Below the pieces are notes generated by a model. It ran no database searches, was not told where the DNA came from, and saw nothing but the letters and a program-made list of their open reading frames with translations. A DNA stretch of 40,244 bases from Sphaeroforma arctica JP610. Lineage: Eukaryota. Made by a program: the position numbers and the translations under genes. The DNA is taken from NCBI RefSeq assembly GCF_001186125.1, contig NW_014039738.1:1-40244 (forward strand), written 5' to 3'. How positions within the stretch are numbered: position 1 is the stretch's first letter; each line of letters opens with the position of its first letter. This document shows positions 38,755-40,244 of the stretch, piece by piece.

Positions 38755-39664
38755 ATCGTGCTCGAGTGTGGACACAATTACGGAATGGAGAGTTAGCGCC
38801 GGGCACTCAGGAGAACTACCGGATAGCGTTCCAGTTTTGGACCAATTACGCCACTAGGCATAATCTTACCACCACCATTCCGACTCGAGATCAGCTCTTG
38901 CACTTCTTAGAGTTTTGATTTTATGAAGGCTGCGCTCCAGATCAAATCCGTCAGATCCGAGCAGCAGTCAACAGTTATGCACGAAGCCATGGTCTGATCC
39001 CTCCGGACGACACGACATGGCAGCGAGCAGTACAGGGGTATATCTCCCTGTGGTACCAAGGAAACCACCCTACCACACCTGACAAGCCTCGAATTTCTGC
39101 CACATGGCTTGCTCAGGTCTTGGATGCAACAGGACTTCCGACGAACTGACGCGCTCTCATCGCAGTCTTTTGGCTCTCCGGGACCAGAAGAGGTACAAAC
39201 CGGACGTTCACATGAGATTCCTTTACGTTTGTTGCAGCATCGCACACACTCGTTATCGATCTCAGAAAAAAAAACGAGGAGAACGCTCTCAGGTGGCCAA
39301 GCTCATCACCCGACCCCTCGATCGTGTTACGTATGCCTTTCTAGAACGCCATCTACCAGATGCATTCCGTTCACCTGACAGCCTACAGGCGCCTGTGACC
39401 GCTCTATATAACCTTACTGACGAAGTAGGTATAATTACCACACGTCAGCACTTCATACGAGCTGGACTTGCTGTCGACACAGCCGATAAACATATCCAGT
39501 GGCACGAGTTTCGTCGCGGCTTCTCACAGAGTGCATTCAGTATGAGGGTGCCGGACGATATCATCGCCGGCATCATGAGCATCGATATAAAATTGCTGGA
39601 GAGCTATCGCTCGGTCACTACTGCTTCCGAAGCTGACCGCAGATTTAACAGTTCTTTGTTATGA
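38740..39664 (+). pseudogene. Tyrosine recombinase (ORF3)
   Basis: LAPGTQENY...; box I FWLSGTRRG; HEFRRG (39503-39520); C-terminal ESYR; three in-frame TGA codons and a frameshift in an A-run ~39270. Confidence 0.85.
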
Positions 39665-39886
39665 GAGCCTCCTACGCAATCCGGTGTGGACTTTTCAAGT
39701 AGTTGTAGAAACAAATACTATTCTGGTATGTTTACATTCTAATAGTATTATGGAACAGAGAGTAACACCAGTAAAGTCTTCCACTAATTGTGCGTTACTG
39801 TTAAATATTTTAACTATTTGACAGTAACCCACATATTTGTGGTAAGACATTACGGTCCTACTCTACGTTCTTTTCATACTCATACA

Positions 39887-39947
39887 ATAGGAGTATAAAA
39901 GGACGATGAAGTGGAGACACTTCCTCATCCATATTTCCTTCTACTTA
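39887..39947 (+). repeat. Right terminal direct repeat (61 bp) of the YR element
   Basis: 60/61 identical to 36061-36121. Confidence 0.92.
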
Positions 39948-40244
39948 CCCACCCGCTCACATATCACTTGCGCACAAATAGTTCATGTATATCTATATGT
40001 AATCTATGTAAGTCTCTATATATTATCACGTCCATGCTTTTGCTGTAACACATGAGTATACAAGAGAATAGTTAAAATCGTTAAAAATCTTGCTCAGACG
40101 TAGCTAATTCAAAACTATATCACTCAATCCAGACATCCTGGATCCGACTCCGATAAGTAAGACTTATTGAACTACACGCTGAAATGTAAATATTTATGCG
40201 AGCCGAAATCAAACTATTATAAAAAACAAATACTGTATATATAT

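Larger units (their letters stand above)
36061..39947 (+). mobile_element. Tyrosine-recombinase (DIRS order, PAT/DIRS1-like) retrotransposon, degenerate
   Basis: Overlapping Gag-like ORF1, RT-RNase H-MT-like ORF2 and YR ORF3, bounded by 61-bp direct repeats. Confidence 0.9.

Noticed and set aside
38900..39230. TGA=Trp recoding suggested by three in-frame TGAs in the YR
   Set aside because: TAG/TAA stops and frameshifts occur in the same elements and NBS1 ends in TGA; ordinary decay explains it.
39840..39950. Hammerhead ribozyme in the YR element terminus
   Set aside because: The conserved CUGANGA and GAAA core is absent in the required arrangement on both strands.

Overview
Eukaryotic genomic DNA in two halves. 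(1) 1.1-19.9 kb is an intron-rich, microsatellite-laden host gene. I reconstructed it by hand as 19 phase-consistent exons encoding a ~924-aa nibrin/NBS1 homologue (FHA-BRCT-BRCT, a divergent Mre11-binding motif, C-terminal NPFLKRKR). (2) ~22-40 kb is an intronless, microsatellite-free cluster of decayed mobile elements. In order: a Ty1/copia retrotransposon (-), a DIRS-type fragment (-), an assembly gap, a 5'-truncated APE-RT LINE (-), and a near-complete tyrosine-recombinase (DIRS/PAT-like) retrotransposon (+) bounded by 61-bp direct repeats with a hairpin-dense 3' region. The most unusual part lies between the LINE and the YR element (31.2-36.1 kb). It is a compact, virus/plasmid-like cassette with an HUH rolling-circle endonuclease joined (via frameshifts) to a D5-like/SF3 helicase, then a separate PrimPol-type AEP primase with a PriCT-2 domain, then three small genes (TM/signal, helical, HTH). 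I see no capsid or pPolB gene. I cannot assign this combination to Helitrons, CRESS/parvoviruses or Polintons. All calls come from manual motif recognition; no searches were run.
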